Virus record (IMG/VR): IMGVR_UViG_3300031994_000039
Location: 32,001-96,000 of that record
Source of the DNA: a virus
Taxonomy: Duplodnaviria > Caudoviricetes
Strand: one strand, 5' to 3'
DNA: 64,000 nucleotides
Below, one piece after another: positions 35,088 to 44,471 of this stretch (the stretch's first letter is position 1; each line of letters opens with the position of its first letter). Position numbers and translations under genes: made by a program. The notes under the pieces were generated by a model that saw only the letters and a list, made by a program, of their open reading frames with translations, searched no databases and was not told where the DNA came from.

Positions 35088-35335
35088 ACCACGCAGTTTC
35101 GAGCTTGCGAGGCACTATCATGTTTTGCCTCGCAAAATAATTTTTAACTGGCGTATCTACGTCGATTGAGGGGTACTCCCCTTTAAAATATTTAACATAG
35201 GAAAACAGGTAGGCATAACCCACGTATCTATGGGTTTGCGAGGCGGTCCTTGCATTTGCCTCGCAAATCTTCTCACAACCCACGTATTTTCCTCGTTTGG
35301 ACAGTATTCCCCTTTAAATATATTTATATAGGAAA
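35087..35335. repeat. Two degenerate ~118-bp direct repeats with TTGCGAGGC/GCCTCGCAA IRs and AT-rich ends (origin/operator-like)
   Basis: Copies start near 35087 and 35218; each has a CCACG(T/C)A motif, IR, CCCCTTTAAA..ATAGGAAA. Confidence 0.6.
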
Positions 35336-35479
35336 TATCCAAATCGAATGACATAGGTATCCAGTATCCTGCAAGTGTAACTTTCCCGGCGGGAGTGAAG
35401 CTGCAAAAAAATCGCAATGTAGGATTTTTGCAAAAAAGTACTCAAATTGCAGAGATTTTTTCTTTAAGGAGATGTATTT

Positions 35480-35878
35480 ATGTACACAATAGTAATAAAA
35501 CAAAAAGGTAGAGTTACCACTGAAGAGGTGAGCTCTCTCAAAAAAGCTAAGGATAAAATAGTAGAACTTGAGTCCAATTTCGAGTCCTCCCTAATGGCTG
35601 TTGTTCTGGATAAAGATTTTAATATGGTAATGTATAAAAACAAGGATGCGTGGGATAACGCATTTAAACCTGCGTCGGAAGCAAAAGAATGGAAGAATTT
35701 CAAACCTAGATCCTGTAGACATTGCGGATCCAAAGGAATTTTACGATACGCTAATTTTGGGCAGTGGGCAGGGTATAAATTCAGGGTTGAGTGTGAGAAT
35801 CCTGAATGCACCGGGGATCCGCCACGGTTTGCTGTCAGTCCAGAAGAAGCCATTGAAATTTGGAATTACAATCTATAG
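35480..35878 (+). CDS. Protein with C-terminal Lar-like zinc ribbon
   Basis: CRHCG...CENPEC...EEAIEIWN. Confidence 0.65.
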   Translation: MYTIVIKQKGRVTTEEVSSLKKAKDKIVELESNFESSLMAVVLDKDFNMVMYKNKDAWDNAFKPASEAKEWKNFKPRSCRHCGSKGILRYANFGQWAGYKFRVECENPECTGDPPRFAVSPEEAIEIWNYNL

Positions 35879-35890
35879 GGTGGTGAGGGA

Positions 35891-37288
35891 ATGATTTATA
35901 TATGTGATGCGATAATGGGTAGTGGCAAGACTTCTGCTGCCATAAATTACCTGAAAGCTCACAGGGCCGACAAAACGATATATGTCACTCCTTTTCTGGA
36001 TGAAGTTGACAGGATCCTGACTCAGTGCCACGGCATCGCCCTTCATACTCCTTCAGCTGCAACTGCCAAAAGAGAATGTGGTGAATATGCAAAACGCAAA
36101 GACTTTGAACGTTTGGTCCGTCAGGGCAAAAGTGTGGTGACTACCCACTCCCTGTTCCGGGAGCTGGCTCCTGAGATTACAGATGTTATTAAGGAGCAGG
36201 GGTATACACTTATAGTAGACGAAAACCTTGAGGAGATACAGATGAGCGGAGACAGTGAAGAAGAGACGGATACCGTCAACGGGTTCACTATTTCGGATAT
36301 AGCTGTATTTGTTCGTGCTGGAGATTTAATTGAAACCATTGATTACTCAAGTGAGTCTGTTGAGATAGCAACGTACAGAAGAAGTGAGGCTGCTAAGGAT
36401 TTGAGCGCAGACGGGAAATTTAGTGAGTTTTATAAACAGGTAGACGAAAGGATACTCAGGGCGTATATCTTTAAAAGTGATGGCAAAAGAACCGGAGCCT
36501 CATTCTACTGGATGGTCCGCCCGGAACTCTTCACAGTATTTAAAGACGTAATTGTCATGACCTACAGATTTGAGGGGCAGGGATTGTACAACATCTTTAA
36601 ATTATTTGAACTGGAGTATCAGTATATATCAATTAACAAAACTCAGAAAGGTTTCTTTTTCGACTTCTCCGGAGGGGTTAGTAAGTACATACCAGACTAC
36701 ACGAAGCATATATATAATATGATTCATATACTGGATGATGAAGCTCTTAACGAGATAGGTAATGAGGAAAATGCATTATCGGTTAGCTGGTTTATCCGTG
36801 AGGATGGAAAGGCTACAGAGGGCAAAGGAGATAAGATAAAGAAATTAAAGAACAATATAGGTAACTGTTACAGGCATAAGTGGCCAGAATCAAGCGGTGG
36901 TGCAGGTTCTATTTCTGGAAAACATTTAAATGAGAAGAGACTTTGGTCTACCTATAAGATGTTCCAGGAGAAGTTGGCGGGTGCGGGATACTCGCAGAAT
37001 TTCCTCTCCTTTAATACAAAGGCAACTAACGATTACCGAAATGCAGAGTATCTGGTTTATGCAGTGAATCTGTATTACTTCCTTCCGGTAAAGTTTATGT
37101 ATAATGCTCTGGGGATAGAGATAAACGACGAACTTTACGCTCTGTCTACGATGATTCAGTGGATCTGGCGTTCAGCTATAAGAGACGGTAAGCCAGTGTA
37201 CTTATACCTGCCGAGCAGCCGTATGAGAAGAATACTTATTAACTGGATGAATGAGATATCGGGAGGGGTGAAGAAAATAGATGTTTAA
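35891..37288 (+). CDS. SF2-like P-loop helicase / origin-binding protein
   Basis: DAIMGSGKT Walker A, IVDE Walker B, QWIWRSAIRDG motif VI-like. Confidence 0.75.
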   Translation: MIYICDAIMGSGKTSAAINYLKAHRADKTIYVTPFLDEVDRILTQCHGIALHTPSAATAKRECGEYAKRKDFERLVRQGKSVVTTHSLFRELAPEITDVIKEQGYTLIVDENLEEIQMSGDSEEETDTVNGFTISDIAVFVRAGDLIETIDYSSESVEIATYRRSEAAKDLSADGKFSEFYKQVDERILRAYIFKSDGKRTGASFYWMVRPELFTVFKDVIVMTYRFEGQGLYNIFKLFELEYQYISINKTQKGFFFDFSGGVSKYIPDYTKHIYNMIHILDDEALNEIGNEENALSVSWFIREDGKATEGKGDKIKKLKNNIGNCYRHKWPESSGGAGSISGKHLNEKRLWSTYKMFQEKLAGAGYSQNFLSFNTKATNDYRNAEYLVYAVNLYYFLPVKFMYNALGIEINDELYALSTMIQWIWRSAIRDGKPVYLYLPSSRMRRILINWMNEISGGVKKIDV

Positions 37289-37505
37289 GTGTTGGAACTG
37301 CCAATGGCATGATTCCAATCAGTGTGACAAGGGATATGGCGGTATAGGCTGTTCCTACTCTCCTATCGACGAATACATCGACGATGAAGAAGCGGACATA
37401 CTGATTGAGGAAAACAGATACGAATTCAGAAAAGAATTTAATAGGATTACCGAAGAGGATAAAACAGGCTTTCTGAGCCTGAAAAATTTTGATCCTATGA
37501 AGTAG
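37281..37505 (+). CDS. Small Cys-rich protein
   Basis: CWNC...C...C. Confidence 0.6.
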   Translation: MFKCWNCQWHDSNQCDKGYGGIGCSYSPIDEYIDDEEADILIEENRYEFRKEFNRITEEDKTGFLSLKNFDPMK

Positions 37506-37606
37506 CATTTTAAGAGTAAATAACTGGTAAAATACTTCATCGACTGGATAACAACCTGGTCGGTGAAGTATCCAGTTTAATATATATAATTTATGATGAA
37601 TAGGAT

Positions 37607-40600
37607 GTGGTTACTATTAGCAAGCAGTTGACATGTCAGAAGTACATTCTGAAGATTAACAGCTCAAGGCTTCGCAGAGAGAAGTGGAATCTTAACGTCT
37701 CACTTGACGAAGCCAGGAACAATGACGAGATCATCTCACTGGCGGACAGTCAGATGCTCAGGTGGATCGACGAGCTGAATGGAGTAACGGACGCTGACAG
37801 AAAGGCAAAGTCAATCAAAAAGCAGATAAGGGAACTGCGTAAGTGCGAACCGTCTTTACAAATACGCCGTGAAATGCGCAGGCTCTATTCTGATCTGGAT
37901 GCACTTCAGTTTAAACCGGACTATCTTTGTTTAATTATAGACAAAGGTAAAGATTATCTGCGAGCAGTAAAGGGATTTAAAGTAAACGGAATAAAGTATA
38001 AACGTTTGCTTGGAACTACTGGTGGTATTAAGAACTCCACCATAGTGTTTGTCTCGGAAAGGCTCTCGGACGAGCTGCACAGGCGTATCAACAACGGTAG
38101 GGATATGACCAAGGCTATGGTGCCCGCCAAGCTGAATGCATACATGGCGCTGACCTGTAGTGCTTCAGTTCCGGTATCACTACCGAAAGGGATCCTGGTT
38201 GTGGATGATGTAGAGACTGAGTTCCTCTCAGATATCATTTATCTCTCCAGTCAGGATGAGGGCGAACCGGTGATGGAATACAAGAAGGATTATCTTATGA
38301 AGCTTGATGCCACTGACGGCTTCGGACTGATGCTTCCCTCTCTGGCACAGAGGTGGAGTGAGGAGATAGGTCTTGACTATACGGCAAGCGGTATGTGCTG
38401 TAGGTACAGCTTTACTAAGGGTATGGTTTTTACGTTTGACTTTCTGGACTTTGCTGATAAGGTCGCAGGCGGCAAATATCTTGTCAAGGACGTATGGGGC
38501 AACGAGGTGGATATCAGGAATGTAGAACTGATACTGACCACATCTATGTTAAAGTTATGGGACAGCTATCCAAGCTGTGAGGAGTTTATCAGATTATCTG
38601 AGGAGAATCACTATACATTCGCTATAACCAAAGCGTGCCCGGAGGTACTTGAGGATGAACGATGTTTAAACTATCAGTTTGTACAGCCATTTAACCTCGA
38701 TGAGGATGATATACAGGAACTTATCTCCCCTACCCTTAACGAGATATGGGATGTGCTGCAAGGCGACTGGCGGCGTGCTCTCGTATTCCTCAGAGGCGTA
38801 GGTATGACGGAAGAAAACATTGGCCGCTCAGCTGATGATATCGCTAAGGCTATAATGGCGGACCAGAGAGTGTTCGATGATCCATATGTCCAGAATAGTA
38901 TTTATCAGCTTATCAGGAACAGAATTAACGCTGCGAAGATAGGCGTGCTCAAGGTTCACGCAAATTATTCGATTGTATCTGGAGATCCATATATTCTGTG
39001 CCAGAAAGTATTTGGTCTGGAGGAAACCGGATTACTTAAGGCCGGGGAGATATATAATCAGTATTGGGCTGATAACAGCTCTGATGAAGTAGTGTGCTTC
39101 AGAGCCCCGATGTCTTGTCATGAAAATATAAGGAAAATGAAAGTTTGTAAGTCCGATGAGGTTCGGTACTGGTATCAGTATATGAAGACCTGCACAATAC
39201 TTAATGCGTGGGATGAAACAATGCCCTCATTAAATGGATTAGACTTCGACGGAGATCTCACGTTTATAACAGATAACGAAGTTCTACTCCGCAGACATGA
39301 AAAGCTTCCGGCTATTGTTTGTATCCAGAAGAAGGCAGAAAAGAAAATAGCTTCGGAAGAAGACTTCGTTGTATCTGATATGAATGCTTTCGGTAATGAT
39401 ATTGGCAGTATTACAAACAGAACTACTTCAATGTATGAGGTTAGGTATAACTATGAAAAAGGAAGCAGAGAATATGAAGAGCTTACATACCGCATAAGGT
39501 GTGGTCAGCTCCTACAACAGGATTATCAATTATCGACTAGTCCGCTTGTACAGAAATGTGCTTGAAAAACGACTCATTGAATTGCTGGAATCCCTTAAAG
39601 CTTACAGTGCTACAACGGAGGAGCGAACAGTTCCAAACGTGAATGCGGCGAAAGCAGAAAGAAACTGTAAGATGGTATATGGTTAAATCCTAAGTATTAA
39701 GCAATAGGCAATCTAGCAGCTAAGTTCCGAACAGGAGAAAGTTCAACGACTAACTCTTATGAGTGTAGGGATACAAGCTATTGGTATTTCGAAGTGGTGG
39801 GCATCCTTAGGGATGATGATATAGTCTTCTCTCAGTCGAAATGGCTGAGGACGAAAGTCGGCAAGGAGTAGCGTCCTATTATAACTTAAATAGTTTAGCC
39901 AAAAGGAAAGGGCAATTGATAAAGCAAAGGGTATTATATCTCTTCCGGCTCCGAGAGAGTGGTACGATCGTCATGCGGTAGCTAAGATCGAAGATGATGA
40001 GAAGCGTGATTTCTACCGCACGATCATCGCAGACAAAAAGCCAATGTTCATGACCTACATCTACCCTTCTCTGGCGAGAGATTATAAGGACTTTCTATCC
40101 AGTACAAACAAGAACGCGTTGAGAGAGTTTGGTATGACAGTAGGAGAACTTAAAGAAAAGAGATATGATGAACTCACACCGAGACAGATTGAGTTCCTGC
40201 ATTATTACGATAAGATGATGCCGGTTGGCTTAAATGACTGTGTAATGAACAGAATCTGCAGAATCTTCGAGAGAGAGTTTGATGACTTCATCAAGAACAA
40301 GTCCGGTACAAATGCTGAATTTGATCCGGAGATCCTGAAGAGTGGCATAACTTATACTGACAAGGATTATAAGGCCGTTAGGAATCTGCATAATGATTAT
40401 CTTAACAGACTCAAGAATTATAAAACCAGAGCGTGCTATGAGCGTGTTGATGGTGATGAATTCAATGAACAGCTCGACAGAATCAAAGCTGAGTTTGAGG
40501 AAGAATGTGACAAGGTTTGTCCGTGTAGAAGAACACTCACAGACATCCTTATTGATATTTGTTATTCAAACGCATCCACCAAGAGATATATCTGGAGCTC

Positions 40601-40757
40601 ATGCGGTAATATCGTTGTTGATAATCTTCTTAAGAACAACGACAACACGCTACGCTTCCCGGAACTCTGTGCCGAGGGTGAATTTGAATATGGTGGCAAA
40701 CGTTTTACGATAAAGGAAAAGAAAGTTGAGGGAGAAGAAAATGATAGTGCTGAATGA
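37607..40757 (+). CDS. YonO-like single-subunit RNA polymerase, spliced (exons 37607-39523 and 39912-40757; ~920 aa)
   Basis: TDGFG, FRAPM, GLDFDGD catalytic motif; the splice restores QQD|AIDKAKG in frame. Confidence 0.85.
39524..39911 (+). mobile_element. Group I intron (no ORF) in the RNAP gene
   Basis: P1 GGAU|UA..UAGUCC with U.G pair; P10 UAUCAAUU/AAUUGAUA; AAUUGCUGGAA, GUUCAACGACUA, GAUAUAGUC; terminal G. Confidence 0.9.
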
Positions 40758-41499
40758 ATACGAGTGGGCTGAAGAAGCTATCCGTGAACACTCACTTGGT
40801 AATAAACCATCTGAAACATTATACAGGGTTGCGAAATATTATGTATCCAAAGGTGAAACGAAGAACCAGGTTCGCAAACGTCTTGAAGATTTTCTTCGAG
40901 CCTGTGACTCATCAGCATCTATTCCTAAATGGGGTGATACAATCGACTTCGCCGTAAAGCGTGCTCAGAAGTATGGACTTGTCGAGATTGACTATATACC
41001 GATTACAGATAAGGAACTTGAACGCATAGGGCAGCTTGATGGTAAGCCGATAAGGAGATTAGCGTTTACATTGCTCTGCTTGTCTAAGTACTGGAGGACT
41101 ATTAACGAGAAAGCTGATGGCTGGGTATCAAACAAAGACTCAGATATTATGAAACTCGCTAATATCAATACTTCAGTCCGCAGACAGAGCGCAATGTTCG
41201 CAGAACTAAATAAGAATGAAATGATTCAGTTCTCCAGAAAAGTTGATAACAATAACGTTAGGGTTTGCTTCGAGGCCGAGGGTGAAGTTGTTATGAAGGT
41301 AGATAACTTCCTTGATCTCGGAAATCAATATCTGATGTTTTGCGGTCAGCCGTACTACAAGTGTGAGACTTGCGGTCGAATTATAAAAAAGAAGTCTAAA
41401 ACCGGTAGGAATCCGAAGTATTGCCCTGAGTGTGCAGCTAGAATGAAGCTGAAACAGAGCGTTGAATCTGTTATGAGAAGTAGAAAAAGTAGCAGTTAA
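40726..41499 (+). CDS. Conserved protein with C-terminal zinc finger
   Basis: CETCG...YCPEC; likely start MIVLNE at 40741. Confidence 0.75.
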   Translation: MREKKMIVLNEYEWAEEAIREHSLGNKPSETLYRVAKYYVSKGETKNQVRKRLEDFLRACDSSASIPKWGDTIDFAVKRAQKYGLVEIDYIPITDKELERIGQLDGKPIRRLAFTLLCLSKYWRTINEKADGWVSNKDSDIMKLANINTSVRRQSAMFAELNKNEMIQFSRKVDNNNVRVCFEAEGEVVMKVDNFLDLGNQYLMFCGQPYYKCETCGRIIKKKSKTGRNPKYCPECAARMKLKQSVESVMRSRKSSS

Positions 41500-41508
41500 T
41501 TTGTAATT

Positions 41509-41584
41509 GTTGGAAATAACTACGCCCCTCGACTTGCGTAAATGCGTGAGTTGTCAGGGGCGTAAAATATTTCTATTTATGTAT
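41509..41584 (+). promoter_or_regulatory. Candidate late (phage-RNAP) promoter/operator element
   Basis: GTTGGAAA-T-AACTA + TACGCCCCT/AGGGGCGTA IR + ATTTATGTAT; heads the late operon; homologous to 22933-23017. Confidence 0.55.
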
Positions 41585-41652
41585 ATAAACAAAACGTTTG
41601 TTAGGGTGCGACACGCGCATCTATAATTTTATAACGAAAGGAAGGTTGCCAG

Positions 41653-41817
41653 TTGGTTATGGTAACAAAGCAGGAAAAAGAACAGATCCTTAAACTTTTT
41701 CCTGACGTACATATTGTTCGCACAATGAAGCAGAAGTCAAAGAGACATCGTTATTATTGTGCTGAGGAATGCGGTGTTGTCGAAGCTCTCCAGAAGATGA
41801 GAAGCGAGAATAAGTAA
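41653..41817 (+). CDS. Small basic protein (54 aa)
   Basis: ..VTKQEKEQIL..RTMKQKSKRHRYYC; AAGGAAGG RBS. Confidence 0.55.
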   Translation: MVMVTKQEKEQILKLFPDVHIVRTMKQKSKRHRYYCAEECGVVEALQKMRSENK

Positions 41818-41835
41818 CACCAATTTATAAAGGAG

Positions 41836-42870
41836 ATGATTATAATGCCGAGGAAAACACAGATGAATGAAATCACCTCCCCGGAACTTATAAGTCAGAT
41901 CCTTCCGGAGAACAGAATATTACTGAAAGATTTCATGGATTATCTTCGCTCGATTCAGAGGAGCGAAACAACTATTGCCGCCTACGAGAACGATATACAG
42001 ATTGCGTTCGTGTGGAATTTAAAGTTTAACGGCAATAAGGAATTTTATAACTGGACAAAGAGAAATGTGGTAGCGTATCAGAATTGGCTGTTAAATAATA
42101 ACGGCAACTCCCCAGCCAGAGTAAGAAGGCTTAAAGCTTCACTTTCTTCTTTAAGTAACTATATCGAGAATGTTCTTGATGACGAATACCCAGGATTCAG
42201 GAATATTATCAATAAGGTCGAGAGTCCGGTAATAACTCCAGTAAGAGAAAAGACTGTCTTCACGGAGGAACAAATTGAAACTCTGCTGAATACTCTTACT
42301 GAAAAGAAGAAGTATGATAAGGCTTGTGCGGTTGCACTTGCTTTATATTCTGGAAGAAGAAAATCAGAACTGTTAAGATTTAAGGTTTCTGATTTTGATG
42401 ACAGTCATTTAACATGCGGCGGATCCTTATACAGAAGCGATCCGATTAAAACTAAAGGCAGGGGTGCTCAGGGTAAGATGCTTGAGTGTTATACACTTGC
42501 CAAACAATTTAAACCATACCTTGACAACTGGATGAGATACAGAGAAGAAAACAATATTCATAGCGAATGGTTGTTCCCTGATTCAGAGCAGCCAGGGCTG
42601 ACGATGACTATAGTAACGCTCAATAGTTGGGCTGAAGTATTTTCACGAATGATGGGTATAGACTTCTACTGGCACGCATTACGTCATATGACGGTTACAA
42701 ACTTCAAGCGTGCAGGAATACCTGACTCTGTTATTCAGTCTTACATAGGCTGGTCCGACCTCTCGATGGTGTCGGTATATTCAGACCTCAAGGCTGATGA
42801 ACAGCTCGGTATGTATTTCACTGAGAATGGTATGGTAGCACCGAAGGCTAAAGGCCTCGATGAAATTTAA
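41836..42870 (+). CDS. Tyrosine recombinase/integrase
   Basis: SAM-like N domain; SGRRKSEL, KTKG, HALRH, GW, VSVY. Confidence 0.9.
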   Translation: MIIMPRKTQMNEITSPELISQILPENRILLKDFMDYLRSIQRSETTIAAYENDIQIAFVWNLKFNGNKEFYNWTKRNVVAYQNWLLNNNGNSPARVRRLKASLSSLSNYIENVLDDEYPGFRNIINKVESPVITPVREKTVFTEEQIETLLNTLTEKKKYDKACAVALALYSGRRKSELLRFKVSDFDDSHLTCGGSLYRSDPIKTKGRGAQGKMLECYTLAKQFKPYLDNWMRYREENNIHSEWLFPDSEQPGLTMTIVTLNSWAEVFSRMMGIDFYWHALRHMTVTNFKRAGIPDSVIQSYIGWSDLSMVSVYSDLKADEQLGMYFTENGMVAPKAKGLDEI

Positions 42871-42889
42871 ATGAAAGGAATGAAAGGTT

Positions 42890-43444
42890 TTGGATTTTAA
42901 CGGTTTAGTCCGTGCCGTTACCAATACGCTCAAGGAAGCTAATGTTGGTAAGGTGGTTAAGACATCAAAGCATGTTCTGCATATTAAGGATGAGGAAGGC
43001 AACAACGCCGACTTCATATTTAACATGAAAGAAAGAGAATCGCCGTTTAACTCAGACGACGTTAAGGAAATCTTAATGACGCTCATCCAGGTAATAGAAG
43101 CTTGTATGCAGCGTGGCGAAGCCGTAGCTATTCGTGGCTTTGGCAGATTTGAAATTAAATACTATAATCCGCGTGTCTCAAGAAATATTCAGACTGGTGA
43201 GCCAGTACATATTCCGGGCAGATGTATTCCGAAGTTCGTCTGCGGTCGTGACCTGAAGACAATGGCACAGTTGTACGAGAACTCGCTTACAGAAAGTTCA
43301 ATCGAAACTCGTATTGATAATAACTGTCTTGATGATGAGTGGTATAACACCAATCTGTTTGAAGACAGTAACAACAACGAGGAAGATGATCTCCAGCTTG
43401 TGGATCTGTTTGCCGAGGCAGCTAAAGAAACCAGCGAAGAGTAG
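42890..43444 (+). CDS. HU/IHF-like DNA-binding protein
   Basis: GEAVAIRGFGRF...RNIQTGE.V.IP...PKF. Confidence 0.85.
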   Translation: MDFNGLVRAVTNTLKEANVGKVVKTSKHVLHIKDEEGNNADFIFNMKERESPFNSDDVKEILMTLIQVIEACMQRGEAVAIRGFGRFEIKYYNPRVSRNIQTGEPVHIPGRCIPKFVCGRDLKTMAQLYENSLTESSIETRIDNNCLDDEWYNTNLFEDSNNNEEDDLQLVDLFAEAAKETSEE

Positions 43445-43454
43445 GTGATGGCTG

Positions 43455-44471
43455 ATGGCAATGGAAGCGTTCTCGGAATGCGTAATCTGTTCGAGATGCG
43501 GAATTAAATATTCTAAGAGAAAGGGAAACTTCCCTGCTAACTTCTCGGATTTATACAGAGGCACGGGCACGCTTCATATTTGCAATACGTGCCTCGAAGA
43601 TATATTTAATAAATACTATGCGGAGTGTCAGGATAGCAGGACGGCAGTAAGATTGACCTGCCGAGCTTTAAACCTTTATTGGAACGAGCAGGAGTTCATT
43701 CTTGCGACGAAGCAGACTGCTATCAAGAATACAATGAGAGCATATGTGTCCAATATCAGAAAAGCAAAGAATTTGCATAAGACGTATGATGATACTCTTC
43801 GCGAAGAAGATATGCTTTTTACATTCGGCAAACCGGAGGAGAAAGAACCGGAACCGGAGATAATAGAAGAACCGGAAGAGATATATGAAGAAGAACCGGT
43901 TTATGACATTTCGGAACAGACAAAAATTTTCTGGGGTCCGGGATACACAGACGAAATGTATCACGAACTTGACTGTAGGTATCAGTACTGGATGTCAGAG
44001 TTTCCGGAGAACAGTGAACTTGATATCGGTACCAAGGCAATCATCAAACAGATTTGCTCACTCGAACTTGATATAAACAGAGATCGTGCTGCGGGCAGAC
44101 CGATAGATAAATCGGTTAATGCATTGAATACTTTACTTGGCAGCGCGAACTTGAAGCCAGCTCAGAGGAAAACAGAGGCGGATGCGGAGAATGAACTGAT
44201 GAGCACTCCGCTGGGCGTATGGCTCTGGAAGTATGAGAATAAAAGACCTCTACCGGAGATAGATCCGGACTTGAAAGATGTGAACGGAATAAAGAAATAC
44301 GTGTTCACTTGGATGGGGCATTTAGGAAAAATGCTCGGATTAAAGAACTCTTACACAAAGTTGTATGAAGAGGAAATTGAGCGGCTAAGAGTGGAGCGTC
44401 CTGAATATGAGGACGAAGATGATGAGTCATTGCTGATTGATTCGTATAGCGATGGTGATAGCCATGAATAG
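43455..44471 (+). CDS. Zn-finger protein upstream of terminase (possible small subunit)
   Basis: CSRCG, CNTC; position. Confidence 0.6.
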   Translation: MAMEAFSECVICSRCGIKYSKRKGNFPANFSDLYRGTGTLHICNTCLEDIFNKYYAECQDSRTAVRLTCRALNLYWNEQEFILATKQTAIKNTMRAYVSNIRKAKNLHKTYDDTLREEDMLFTFGKPEEKEPEPEIIEEPEEIYEEEPVYDISEQTKIFWGPGYTDEMYHELDCRYQYWMSEFPENSELDIGTKAIIKQICSLELDINRDRAAGRPIDKSVNALNTLLGSANLKPAQRKTEADAENELMSTPLGVWLWKYENKRPLPEIDPDLKDVNGIKKYVFTWMGHLGKMLGLKNSYTKLYEEEIERLRVERPEYEDEDDESLLIDSYSDGDSHE

